64,000 bases of DNA from Aplysia californica (lineage: Eukaryota), in the NCBI RefSeq assembly GCF_000002075.1, contig NW_004797457.1, positions 638,114-702,113 of the forward strand. The letters run 5' to 3'. The notes beneath the pieces are model-generated. The model was given only the letters and a program-made list of their open reading frames with translations, ran no database searches and was not told the DNA's origin. Positions 24,166-37,719 of this stretch are shown here, piece by piece. Position 1 is the stretch's first letter. Each line of letters opens with the position of its first letter. A program made the position numbers and the translations under genes.

Positions 24166-24832
24166 TCTAATGTCTTCTAAGGTTTTCTCATCTTTAAAAT
24201 CCACGGATTACTGCTACAACTACACTATTACAGTAGAACACGGCTAGAGCGGGACATTTGGTTCTGCAAGAAAAATCCCGCAGCAGGCGAGTTCCCGCTA
24301 CAGGAATGCAAAGGAGAAATTACCGAAAAATTTCTAAAAATCCACATGATCATCTCCCTTCCATATCAATAAAATTTGCGCTTTTAAAATAGATTAGTCT
24401 TCCTTTTCTTGTCATAGCTGCCACTCAGGAATTTCAAAAAAGGAGGAAATTCATGCGAAGGCGTATGCGCGCTCTCCGAAGGCCAGAGTAAAACCATTGA
24501 GATTCAGAGGCAATATATACTGGAAAACCTAGCCTATGGTTTTGGAAGGGAATACTGTCAAATTTGTTAACCATAGGCAACTGAATTAAAATGTATTTGA
24601 ACCCCCCCCAAAAAAACCCCCACAAAAACACAAAAAAAAACAACAGAAGGCAGTAAGTTGACAAACAAGCATTTGAGTCAATTTGACACAGTTTGGAATT
24701 GGTGACTAAAAATCCAGTGTTTGTTGCCAGCTTGTGTCTTATAAAAAGATTCCTTTCACTTTAAACTTGTACATCGATGTAGAGCACGCGCAGTATTGGA
24801 TCAAGGAGGCAACACCTTTGCCGCAGTACTGA

Positions 24833-25063
24833 GCACTCCTGTACAATTGCGGTCCCGTTCGCACTTAACTTGGTAGTGCCCCTGTAGTGTGTAGATCTAA
24901 ATTGAATTAAAATGATAGCTTAGGCTATCTAATCTAGATCTAGATATCTAAACATGTGAAAATATAGATTATATCTAGAGATAGATTATCTAGATCTAGA
25001 TTCACTTCAACAGCCACAATAGCCGTCATGTAAACAAACGGGACCGCAATTGTACAAGAGTGC
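24833..25063. mobile_element. MITE-like element with 27-bp TIRs
   Basis: gcactcctgtacaattgcggtcccgtt / aacgggaccgcaattgtacaagagtgc; TAGATC-rich interior. Confidence 0.65.
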
Positions 25064-26030
25064 CGCGGGCCGCGATTTCTTTATCACACCAAACGCAAAG
25101 TGCAGCAAGCGGCTTGTTCAATTTTCTAATGAACTTTTCAAGTCGCACACCGGCTGCTTCTTTCTCATTCCAGCTCCTTTTCTTTTGTTTTTGCATTCTG
25201 CATCAATTTCTCTCGAATTTCCGCCGTTTTCAATGACAACTCGGCGCGCTAACGTCCCGATGCCCGATCGACACTTCGTTGCTCCACAATAAACAAAGTG
25301 AAACTAGCACTAGGCCTAGAAGACGGAAGTAGAAAGCTACGGGCAGACATGCGTCATGCACAAGCTGCGTTTTCCTCTCTCTCCCGGTTCGGTATTTTCC
25401 GCGTGTAAAAAAAGTATCGCAATTTGCGACCGAGAGCGGTCCAGCGATGGAAGGAGGAAAGTAGCGGGAAAAGCTAGATAAAGCGGAGTTTCCGCTATTT
25501 AGCGGGAAAGTGGCAGCTATGTCTTGTCAACTTCGTTGATTGTCTCGGCCTTTAATTCAAGTGAGAAGCACTTTTGTCTTTGTGGGACGCCATCTTTTCT
25601 TCGGTCTTGTTGCCAGTGCTGTCTATCGTACCAGTAGGTCTACTGTAAAACTGGTGAAGTGGATGTGTGCGTATGCCTATGAGCATCAACAATCGCAATT
25701 CACTGAATCAGGAATTATACTACACGCTCTCCTCTCCTTTTACTTTTAGGCCTAGCCTAAGCCTACTAGAATCTAAAGAGCTATTTTTGGGGGGGTGATT
25801 TAGTTTTTGCTTTAAATAGAGGTGACTAAATGAAAATGCACAATAGGTTACTGCCAAAGTTGAGCAGTCTTGTTTTCTCGCAGTACCTTTTGAAGGCATT
25901 GTCACATGAAGTACATCATGACAATGTTTAGTCCTGGAACGTTGCCCCAACTACAACTGAAGTATCTGAATATATTCAGAAAACTAGAAATTTCTAGCTC
26001 TAGAAATAGAATTCGAGGAAAAAAAAAAAC

Positions 26031-26137
26031 GAAGTGTATTCAGACCCAGTAACCAGGAACAAAGTCTCGAAGTATACAGACCCAGTAGTGGAAATCTTCT
26101 GTGATTTCGGAAAGTTTCAGCGCCCAGACCCGGTAGC

Positions 26138-26172
<35 letters not shown>

Positions 26173-26540
26173 GCTGGCAGAAAAGAGGGGAGAGAGACAG
26201 AGAAATAGAGAGGGTGACTGCTCGATTGAAATTATAGTATTGTTCTTTTCTTCACATTGTGTTTCCTCCAACTCCAAAGCAGAGGAAAAATCATCGTTCA
26301 TCGAAAAGACATCCGCAATCTTCATTTAGATTTAGATCTAGGACTCGAAACTAGATCAATGATCTATCTAGGTCTGTCTGTCTAGATCAAGACCTAGGCC
26401 ATAGATCTAGAAGAACATAGGTCTACCCTGAACGAAGAGGGCGCTGACACTTTCCGAAATCACAAAAGATTTCCCCTACCGGGCATGTATACCACTTGAC
26501 TTTGTTCCCAGTTTTTAAACCGGGTCTGTATACACTCCCC
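26031..26540. mobile_element. MITE with ~95-bp imperfect TIRs
   Basis: agtgtattcagaccc...gtgatttcggaaagtttcagcgccc is mirrored by gggcgctgacactttccgaaatcac...gggtctgtatacact. Confidence 0.75.
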
Positions 26541-27704
26541 CCCAAAAAAGCTTCTTCCCAGTCCTCGCAGAATGGCAGAATGAAAGATGACGCCTAACTC
26601 TCACAAATAACCAACAAACTAGAAATTAGAAACCGTTCGGAGTTCAAGTTTATTATCCCGAGCGTTCTGAGAAATAGTCACTTCGATTTACAGAGTAGAG
26701 CGTCCTCAAATTCCGGTGGCGCCCTGTCCGAAAAAGCGCACCCTTTGCAAACAGAGTTACCCTGCTTGTGTGGCGACCGTTATCCTCGTTTAATTTGACT
26801 TTAGAATGAGAGGCGAGAAGCCATTAAAATTTTTTTAAATAAAAATCCGCACTGAAAGAACCCAAACAGCTGATGAACAGCAGTCGATCTGGGCACGCAA
26901 GAGGGTGCTATTCCTATTCTTCTTGTGAAGAATCTGAAACAAAAGAGAGCTTCAAAACAAAGACTGCAGTGCCATCTGAAGCAATGAGCGGACATTTTTT
27001 TGGCTGAGTGAACCATCTATCTTGTTATGTATTCTCTTTGAAAGTGGCTATTCTCACCCGCCCGGAAGTTCTCGCAAGATCAACTCCTCCCCTCTTCTCT
27101 CTCTCTCCGTCTCTTTCTGAATACTGTCTATCGGTGTGGACGATCAAATTTACCAAAACAAAGTTAAAAAATGATGTTAAAACACAAAAGTAAATTAATT
27201 TGGTTGTCTACAAAGATGTTACGGCTATTTAACTTTTCGAATCGAGCCGAACTACGCGGGTCGCCATTTTGTTTTGCCCGGAAATTCTCGCGCTACTCCT
27301 CTCTCTCTTTCTCTCTCCACTGCCCACAGACAAAATTGTACGCTTTTAGTAGGCTACAGTTGTAATGGAACGTTTGTTCACGGCACAGAATTCTACAATT
27401 TTTCTGTTATCACAGTGTAGAATTCTGTGGTTTAGGGTGAACGCAAAATTTGGTGAACGCGCACCGGGTGAGAATAGCCACAAAAGACTCGCCTTCACTA
27501 TTCTCACTCCGGGTGAGAATAAAGGTGGCCATTCTCTTTGGCATGGCCTAGAGTTTGTTGACGTTTGTTCATCCTTATTATCAGTACCAAACATCCAACG
27601 ATCCAGCACCTTCTAACCAAAGCCAAAATAGAAACATACAATAATTGTATAAATATAAACTAGATCTAGATCTACCATGCCACCAAAATTACACTTACAC
27701 TTAC

Positions 27705-27713
27705 ACGGTCCAT
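27705..27713 (-). CDS. SNIP1: Probable first coding micro-exon of SNIP1 (Met-Asp-Arg)
   Basis: aaaATG GAC CGT|GTAAGT, a phase-0 strong donor; joining to 22018 gives MDRKHHKRHR... (294 aa total). Confidence 0.65.
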
Positions 27714-28100
27714 TTTCTTTCAAAATTCAGATTTCTTTGGACCTCTCAGTAGTTCACTGGGATGGGTTTCATCTGAATCGGTAACACGTGAAATTGACAC
27801 AATACCCTGCCTTATGCATTAATTATTGGACTCCTCTGAACACAGTAACCCGAGCCGAAGAAAAACAAGTTAAAAACGATTTCCTCACGACTGCACGACT
27901 TATGATCTAATCGACAATCGTGGGAAAGTGGCAAAGTGGTAACAAAGTAAACGGAAGTAGATTGCGATCAAGGTCTATATTCGCAGTTTGTAAAGACTTT
28001 TGTACCCCAATTCCGAATTTGACTAATTTCACAGGAGAAAGAAGTGATTGCGTTCATTCCGATAGTGAACTGGTCTTTTTATTTAAAAGTCAAAGCTTAA
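27714..28100. promoter_or_regulatory. Probable bidirectional promoter of SNIP1 and BLOC1S3
   Basis: Lies between the divergent ATGs (27713 on -, 29453 on +); CpG-containing; ETS-type CGGAAGT at ~27952. Confidence 0.45.
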
Positions 28101-29452
28101 CTTGTTTTTTTTTTGTGAGTTATTTTTATTGCTTTTTATGGGGGGGGGGGGTGCACCTTTAAAATGAAACACTACATCTCTTTTCTTGCGCCCAAAAGTT
28201 AACCCAAAACAAAACTGGAGATGTTGAAAGAATTACCGTTTTGTGAAAACAGCTAACACCCGGACTCCATGGTATTTGCGTTCTTGTCGGTTATAATTAT
28301 TTTTTATAGCCTATGAAATTTGTTTTTAAAGAGTTGGGACGCCCAATGATCCGGAGGTTCAATTCCCATAGATTAAATGCAAGGTGCCCTGGTTACTTTG
28401 CCAAAGAGAGTAACTATGCTCTTATTATCTCTTAGATCTAAGAAAGTCTAGGCTCAGACTACACCCCCCCCCCCCCCCCCCACAAGACAAACGATTAAAC
28501 AAAATTTTTTAAAGAATGTGTGTTGAAGAAGGGCGATAGATCCTGTACAAATCAGCAGGGGTTGGATACCATCTGAATGAGGGGGTTCGTGATGGGGTTG
28601 TGGATAGTAGTAAACTGGTATAGGCCTTCAAGTGGAATATTGCCAGACTGGTCTGATGGTAGACTAACTTTAAGTAGAACAGAAACTTCGCAGTAGACCG
28701 TCAAGTGGACAAGCACACACACAAAAAAAATTATAAATATCTTCAAAAGCTGATTATCGCTGTTAGATCTACATGTATTGACTAAAGCTAAAATTGGAAC
28801 AATACAAATTTGAAAGTAACTTTTTTTTTGGGGGGGGGGCAACTTGATTCCACTTTTTAGGGGGGGGGCGCTCAGCGAGTTGATGCAATACACGCTGTTG
28901 ACAAACTTAAATTTAAATCTTTAGGCCTAAGATCTACAATCTACAGGAGGGTCTTTGGGACGTTCACGTTTTGCACCATCCTGGAATTCATCCAAAACAA
29001 AACCTGGACAGAAAGTTTATTTGTTTATCAGGGAAGGCTACTCCAGTGGACAGCAAAGTCAGCTGACGACTTTCGACTCCTCTGCCTCTGCTGAAGTGAT
29101 TGTGTTGGGGGTTTTTTAGATTTCATTAATCAATGTTTCAAGTCTATGCTGCATTACTGTCTTGTGCATAAAATTTCACTTTTATTCCAAGTAATAAATG
29201 ACCATCTTCATGACTTTAAAGCCCAAATTATCAGTTCATACTGTGCTGATGCCGGTGAATGAAGTTTCGGAACAGAACACAGTGTCCTCATCAATTCAAT
29301 TTCAAAGCCCTCTTCTGCTGCGTGAACCTTGAGAATCAAGACCCTGAGAAAATCTTCTATAGCCTACTAGAATCTAGATCTACCCATCAATACGTTAACT
29401 TTTAAAGGCTGATATTTCAAAAATATTGCTGTTGCAAGACCTGCTTGCTCAA

Positions 29453-32400
29453 ATGGAAAGTCAATACAAAACTGTTGTTCAGGGTGAAGCTTCAGAGTCA
29501 GATGAAGAAGAAGAGTTGTCGTCCTCTTCGCTGGTAACTTTATTTATTTACTTTGTTTTTTTGGTTTGAGAACCATAGGCCTAAATAGTATGAATATGAT
29601 ATGGCTCTGAATTTCAAACTTCTACTCTAATAGCCCAATGGTACATCATAACAGTTGGCAAGGGGGTACACTGAAATATATATATACTATAGATCTATCA
29701 TACTATCATGTAATAATGTGCTTTTGAGGGTCAAATTGCTCAAATGGATGTATTTTTTGCTGCAGATCATACACATGGTCAATATAACTGTTGTAAATCA
29801 ATTACAGTGAAGTCCTGGGAAGATTGAAGAATACCGGACCACTTGTACATTATTGCGCGAGAAAGTGGGGCAGGTGGTTGGGGTGGAGGAGGGGGAAGGG
29901 GGGGTTCAGGGGGGTCTCCCCCCTGACAAAATTTTAATGAATAGATCTACCGGTCCGAGATTCTCCATTGAGAGATATATTAAAAACGGGAAAATTATGA
30001 ATTCCTAAGGTTGAGACATAGGCAAAGTCAGTCCGCTGGTCCGGTATTCTTCAATCTTACCGAAGTCCTGAAATAACGAGAAGTCTGTTATAAAAAGACA
30101 CTAATCTATAACCTGGTTTTTTCCCTACTTTATTTTTGTAAATAAAATACTGCATTTGCGCAATCAGACAAACGTGCGAATCGGTTATAGCGGAATATTG
30201 CTGTTGCCGTGCACAGAGCATAGGCCAATTATAATATGTAAAACCTCGACAGTTGAGAAACTTGTTGGTGATCTAGCGAAACAAAGAATGGGAGAGCCCA
30301 TGTGTGCCAACAATGAAGGCCGGAGTGAATGAATGGGGAGGGTGTGGCATGCACAGACAAGCAGAACACATCGTGTGATAGGCCAGCCTAGATTATCTTG
30401 GCCTACCATGTCTCTTACTTCTCTGAAGCGGGGATGGAGAGGTCACAGTGCTGTGATGGATGGAACAAATGTGTGACGTGAGCAAGCAGACAGAATGCAA
30501 CACTGGGTGTGGCGGGGTGGGGGACAACACAGCAGACGAGTTAACCTAGAGCCCTTTCCTTCTTTTATCGCCAATGCCAAGCTGTCAACATCGCTAGCAC
30601 TAGAGAAAGAAACCTGATTCAATTTTTGATCAAGTAAGACCAAGAGGTCATGTTGAACAAACTTATCATCTGGGGAGATAACAAAAAGAAATAAACAGAA
30701 CACCAAGCTCATAGATAAGGCCTACTTTGTTATTCCCCTTGAATTTAGCTCTGGATCCCTTATTATATAACGAGAATCTTGCTATAACGGACATTTCGCT
30801 CTAGTCCCCTCCCTCTCATTATAACTGGATTCCACTGTATTTCCATGATAATTTCAAACATAATTGCAAACATGAAGTTATGGGGAAAAACTGGATAACC
30901 CCCTGCCTCCCCAGATTGTATTTTACCTTAGAGGGACATTCCCTGAGGTAAAGTAATTAAAAAATAAAATGACCAAAATAAAAACATACTGCCCTACCAG
31001 CTAGGATGTTCTTGAACTCAGGTTGTTTTGTGGAGTTTTCAAGGCTCTCAACCCATCTGGCTCTGTTCTATTGCAGATGGGTTACATCAAAGTCGGAGGT
31101 CCATTCTCCTTAAAGAACCAAATAATGTTGAAAGTGACATGAAACCCAAACACTTTTTATTATGGTTGGCAAGGGATTGAACAAAAGAATGTCAATACTG
31201 AAGGCTGCTGTAAAAAATGCTTATTTTATTGAGGTCGTAACATTGAACATGTGTGTGTCTGCATTTTGTCTGACCTGTTAAAATTACATTTCTGTTCCCA
31301 AATTTTTGCAAGTTAATGCATCCCATGAAATAACTTACTGATCCAGTACAGGTGTACCGTCTATATGAGAGTGGTTTAATTGTAGGGCAGGGAAGGTCCA
31401 GTAGACTGTAGATTATAGATTTACGATTTAGAGCGATCAATGTCATTGTTTTTTTATGTTGAAAACGCATTGTTCTGGATAGTAGATTTGTATTTGTAGC
31501 CTACAACAAGTCTGCTTTGAATTAACCTGCTATGGGTCTTATTCCATAAAGTGGGAAATGCATGAGGCTGAATAGTGATAAAACTATCCAAGCTAAGTTG
31601 TTCCATGAATTGTTCTTTTTCACGCTCATCAAAGTACTTTTGATACTTCGTTCAAAATCTACCTTTTTTCAGATTTATACTTTTCTTTTGTTTTTTGTTC
31701 CAGTCGGAGCCGAGAGCTGTGGTGGTTGAAGGAGAGGCATCTGAGTCTGAGGAAGAAGAACTAGACTCGAGTGGAAAATCCATTCCACCTGCTTTGCCAC
31801 CTATTAAATCATGTAATTTTTCACTGATGTAACTCTAGTTTATTTTTCCCATTTTAATCGTGCACGGTTAGCATTTTTTATCGTTAACCTGCATATATAG
31901 CTGAACACCATAACTTTTGCTTGTATTTGATGCTCTTCACCCAAACAATGCTTAAAGACTCTGACATTATTAGGAAAGATTCAAATCATTTTGAGATATT
32001 TCTCATATCTATCTGGACAGGTAGGTAAAATTCTCTTATACTATTTATACACTGGGCTCTATAATCCAATTAGATTTAAGCGACCTATTTTACATGGCCA
32101 CTTTCACTTCCTCTTTGTCTGTAAGTAAATAATTGGGGGGGGGGGGGGGGGGGGGGCAATTTTAAACAGAGTAGCTGTCTGTGGAAATTGAAAGTAATGG
32201 AAATTAATAAGATAAACATCATTTGATCAGAGATTTGTTTGTGTTAAGCAGAGTGTTAATGAAAAGAACAAAAAAGGGGGGAGGCGACTTCTTTCTGTTT
32301 GTTGTGACCAGAACTGATAAGATCACATTTCACATGCTAGGTCTTGTGTAACCTATTTTTAGTCATTAATAATACCCTGAAAGCTGCCAACTTTCAGAAA

Positions 32401-35400
32401 CTGAAGGAAGAGAAACTTTATTTTCAACCTCAGACTCAGATGGATGTCTTGACCACAAAAAAATGGGGTTCAAGGGAGGTTGCAGCTATTTACTTAAATG
32501 ATTTTTCACGCTGCCAATAAGTTTAAGAATCTGCTTTTCTGTCTCCCGATGACTAGTTTCGAAGGTGGAGGACGCTGATGTGTGTGCTCTTTCTCTTTTT
32601 GAAAATAACTTTTCTGTTACTACTATTCACCCTTGCTTATCGATTAAATCAAAATCATAGTTTTCACTTCTTTGGCCAGTTGTTCACTTTAGATTTGTGG
32701 CTTCATGCTTGTTTTCTATTCTAGCTTCATCCATCAAGTAAGCTATCCTAATTTTATTGGGCTTCAAAACTTGCCCTCTGCTGATTAAGTGGAGAGTAAA
32801 CCAGTGCTCCTGCTCCATCTGAGCAAAGGCCAAGTCATTGTGTTATCAACTCCAATATCAAAGTTTTATCAATGGTGTGTACATTTAATACAAAAGAGAA
32901 AAATCTCTAATCTGCTTATATGTTCTTTTTCTTTTTCAGTAAATGAACATTCTTCATCGTACGAGTCTATAGACAGTATCACTAATGTTCCCACTCTTGC
33001 TCCAAGACAGGCATGGAAACCAAAGTATGACACGTGAGTATTATGTATATATACAATATTTACTTTGCTACCCTTCTGTTTGTGCTCACCTGTTGTTTCA
33101 TGTGTTACCTTAAGTTCTCTGGTCACTTAATTTCTGTAAATATCTTTGAAGTGTTTCCTTAACAAATTCCATGACTTTTTCTATTTTATAATCTCTTGAA
33201 ATCAGAGCTTTTCAAGGGATGGGAGAGTGGGTGATTTCAAAATTAAAGTGCTTAATTTGGACACTCTCCATTGGACATGGTGACACTTTATTCTTAAAAC
33301 AATGGAATTGCCATCTTGGCAATTTTCCCTCAAGCACTTGATTATCCTTTTAGATTGCAAGTTCATTGCATAACTATTCTTAACTCTTCGAGTTCAAGTG
33401 TGATGCAAATTTCCATGTGTTTGCTATCTTTGAGTTCTTCCATACCTTTTTCCTCAGAGTGCTGAATCGCAAATTATGTAAGTATATGTAGTATTTTAAC
33501 TCATTTAATTTCAATATTACTGTTATAATTGCAAGAATGCATCATTTAGACCATGATCATACAGCTTCGGCAGGATTTTTTTTTTCTCCCACTCATTTCC
33601 ACCAAGAGTTATATGAATAAATTGCTTGGATCTACTTGTTCTTAAAGTTATCTTGTATTCTTACTTATGGGTTCATTTTGCCAAGATGGGGTCCATAGTT
33701 CTTTAGTTATCACATGCACAGGGGGCTTCCCACAGCAGCTGAAGCTATGCAATTTTGGTATAACAAGAAAAAACTGGGCCTTGTTTTTTCGACTGCATAG
33801 GCACTTGTCTATAATTATCTATTATTTACTTGTAGAAACTACATGTAGTTTACTTCTGCAACTCATTTACAATCACAAAGAAGATGTGAAGAAGAAATAA
33901 TTTATAATTTCTGTACCTATCACTACTATCAGCTTTATTTTGTGCCTGCAGAGCATATCTGAGGATGTTAACTTGAACTGCATGTCAGGAACTTCAGTGG
34001 CCCATTACTTTTTGAAGATCCTATTGTTTTGAAAGATTGTGTAAGAGAAAAAAGCCCAATTTCAATTTGGTAGAAGTTAAAGGTTACTAATACTGTTTTT
34101 TCAACAGTTCAAAACTGCAGGTACATCACCTTCAAAAAACATGTCTCGTCTTTGTAAAAAATATTATGTTCAGAAGACTAGCTTCTGGTATAATGTAAAT
34201 TTTAAGACAAAGAAGAGAAGCAAAATTAATACCACTGCATGCTGAAGTGTGCATTTGGTGAGCACAGTAGAACATACTAAAAATACCCTCAGATTCGTTG
34301 GGTTAGGAAATACATTGCTTTTGCCAGTTTTGTTTTGTTTGGTTTTCTGTCTGATGATATTTCAGAGTTGTTTTGCTTTTGTACAGTAGAACATGGCTAT
34401 AGAAGGACTTTTAGTTCCAGAACAAAAAGCCTGCTGTAGGCAAGTTCCCACTATAAGAATGCAAAGGAGAAATACCGAAAAATCACACACTGCACGTTCT
34501 CCTCTTATTTTACTGTCTTTTTGGCCTAGCCTAGGCCTATGGCACATCACTTTTGGAGTGGCTCACATAAAGCATCTCTCCGCACCATTACTCTCTGCCA
34601 CTTGCCCCACCTCACTCATCACTGGACTGGTCAATCACAACGCTGCACCGCTGACTGCTTGTTTGGAGCCCACCTACAGCCCTGCCCCCTCACCCCCCTA
34701 CCCCCTTCCCCCAGTTAGAGCTTGCTCGACCTCTCCCGCTGTATTGAAGTTCGGGCTTTTTTTTGCCCAAGCTCAGTTAATTGAGTCTACATAGACAAAA
34801 AAAGGAGCTTCCAGTAAGGTCCCGCTGTAAGGATGGTCCCGATGCAGCGGGTTCTGCTATAGTCATGTTCTACCGTATAAGTTTAGGACTCTTTTACTCT
34901 TAGACATAAAAAGGTCAGAAGGAGGAAAGTCAGGATAGAAATATTGCATGGATCATTCATGTTTGCTGTTTTCACACCTTACTAGTGTGCCGTTTCTCTG
35001 CTGATACAAAACCTCTGCCCCTCCACCAAGCTATTGAGGTGATTTGTATATGTTATTGAGAGCTGAGGCTGTATATATGTCTATTTCATCAGCATGATAT
35101 AATCCATGACTGTATACCACAGTTTTCCTTCAATGTTAGTATTGAGTGTAAACTTTTTCTTGTTTTATCCTTCTGCTTTGTTTTGATTTCTAATGTGATT
35201 GTCATTTATTTTCTCAACTCAGGGGAAAGCAATTTATCACTCTGCAATAATGCGAATGGTATTGCAAGTCAGGCCTACCTTTCGGCTGCCAAAGATATTA
35301 CCAACTGTGCGCAGCAGCTGTCAAAGTCACATGGTGCCATTCAGGTTTGTAGGTCTCTTTTGAAAAAACAGTATGTTTTTACTCAGCAATACAGTATACA

Positions 35401-35979
35401 GTAATCTTCATCTTAGATGCCAGAGCTTGGGAGCAAGGAGAATGTGGGATCTTAGGTGAACGACATACTGACTTTTAATATTTTTTAAAAAACTGATGTT
35501 ATAGAAAATGGAAAACCTATCAGTACTATATTCTAGAACTTGTCACGAGATGTGTTGCACAATTTGAGACTACTTACTGATGACCTTTTCAACCTAGATG
35601 ACATGACAATGTCTGGATAAAAAATGTTCTGTTCAGTACTGTGACAATCGGATGCTACACAAAGAGGCACAAAGCTATTAAGACAGGCTTGCTTTTAACC
35701 ACTTTTTTTTTTTTACTTACGGAAAACTGAAAAACTAATAGTGCCATATTCTGGAATCTGCCCTTATTTATCCATCCACAGGATGTGTCGCACAATTTGA
35801 GGCTACTTACCAATGACCTCTTCAACCTGGATGACCGCACCGACATCATAATTTCCTGTAAACTGTTGCCTGATATTCAGCTACCTCAAGGCAGGAGGAC
35901 AGTTCCCCCTGCATCGCAGCAGGCTGCTGGTGGACCCAGTGACACGTCCCAGCAAGCCTCTGACACTAGTTCCACCTAA
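29453..35979 (+). CDS. BLOC1S3: Biogenesis of lysosome-related organelles complex 1 subunit 3 (207 aa, 6 coding exons)
   Basis: Exons 29453-29533, 31704-31812, 32940-33033, 33458-33477, 35223-35344, 35782-35979; all GT-AG and phase-consistent. Two GEASES(D/E)EEE motifs and C-terminal SHNLRLLTNDL...CKLLPDI as in BLOC1S3. Confidence 0.88.
29805..30837. mobile_element. pogo/Tigger-like MITE (TA TSD) interrupted by a Merlin-type MITE
   Basis: TA|CAGTGAAGTCCT[insert]GAAATAACGAG ... CTCATTATAACTGGATTCCACTG|TA. Confidence 0.7.
29817..30061. mobile_element. Merlin-type MITE
   Basis: TIRs GG(G/T)AAGATTGAAGAATACCGGACCA; perfect 8-bp TSD GAAGTCCT (29809-29816 and 30062-30069). Confidence 0.85.
34384..34875. 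mobile_element. pogo/Tigger-like MITE
   Basis: TA|CAGTAGAACATGGCTATAG ... CTATAGTCATGTTCTACCG|TA. A related left end lies at ~24230-24330. Confidence 0.8.
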
Positions 35980-37719
35980 TAATACTTTGTTTGTTCTTAA
36001 CTGTACTCTTCAGACGGGATGGGACCATTGCAATGTCTTTCAGTACCTATCAAACTATGGAAACATACCAAAGTTCCCAGCAATATAACTGTGCATATTT
36101 TCTTCCATTGTACCTGGTGATGAGTGATGTAAGTCTTATTGTATGAAATATCATTTCCTTTTTCTGAGTATGAAAAGATTGTACAAACATGTTGCAACTT
36201 ATCATTCTGTACATGATGTACCCACTGATAATTCCAGTGAAATGCCGTGCATTTTTTAGTGACTTACACAGTATGTTTAGGATAGTAAGTAAATTGCATA
36301 ATATTACTGTTATGTAGTGCTCTCTACACTTGCATTCCACCTTTCTTTCTACCGCCTACCTTTTTATCACATAAGAAATTTGACTCTTCTTGCTTGTAAT
36401 TTACTTCAATATAGATAAATTTTGAAATTCTTTCATTTCCCATTCGTGTAATGTTCCTTTTCTTTTTACGTACTATTTTTGTACAGTTTTACACCTCTTC
36501 TCAACACACAAGAGGTCATATCAAAGACGGAGCGCTTGGTAATGCAATCCTGCGCTGAAATGAAATATTCCAGAAAGAAACAGAAGAATGCTGCTACTTT
36601 TGAAAGGAAACATTGAACTCCTGTGTACGCTGGCATTATCAACTTACATAAATCTCTGCATTGTTGTTATATTTAATGTGCAATTTCTCCCACAAATTTG
36701 CTTTTTTCATGTGTTATTAGTGTAAAACATTTACTACCATGATCAACAAGTTTATTTTGTTTCACACTTTTTTTCTTTTTCTTTTTCTTCTCTTCTTCCT
36801 CCTCCCTTCCTCTTTTCCTCCTCCACCTCCTCCCTCATCATCCTTTTTCTCAAGTGAAATCAACTTAAGCCATGGTGCAATGGATGTTTATCTTACCAGA
36901 CTTGGATCTGTTGCTAATAATCGGAACTTTTCATGCAGATACATTCTTTTTTTTTAAGGTTGTCTTTTTTTGTCAACCTGAATATATTATTTATAGATTT
37001 CTTCAGTTTGGGTTTGGGGGTAATTTTGATTTGTTTTCTCCTTTTTGTTCTTTGAAAACAAAGATGTCATTGACAAATCCTGCAGGTAAAAAGAGCCTCT
37101 GGGATGTTATGTCTGTATGCAAGATAAGGTTTGAAGATCCCATCTACCCTGAGATCAGGGGTGTGAAAAACCTGAGAAATGTCCTCAGTCATCCACTTCC
37201 CAAGCTTTGACAAAACCCTGATGGATATCAAATCCAGGTCCCCGATGTGAGAGGGGAAAATCTTGACTAGAGGCCAGTGAGCTCCTTCCACATCTTTAAT
37301 AGTGTAATGCAACACATTCTGTTGTGGTCATGCAATTCTGTGAACAGATGGGATATCTCAGAAAACTACAGACTTCAACATAAGTTAGGGACCACCTTGA
37401 CAGACAGCCTTGATTTTTTTTTAAAGCGGAAAAAAGATAGCAAGAAATGTTTCAACATTTTTTGCTCTGAAAGTGTTAATGGGTTACCAATGCGTACTGC
37501 AAAGCTTCCTAAAGTGGCAAAACGACCACGTGCTGCACGGTTATCCTGGGGGAATTTTAGCCAAATTTTTCTGCTTTTTATCAACTTGTGTGCAACACCA
37601 CGGACATTCCTCAGTTTAAATTTCTGGTGCACGTCATAAAGGGACGTACGGTCTCGAACTGTGCTCACTTTAGTGACAATATAAGCCGTTGTTTGCTAAA
37701 AATCCAGTATTCCATCAAC

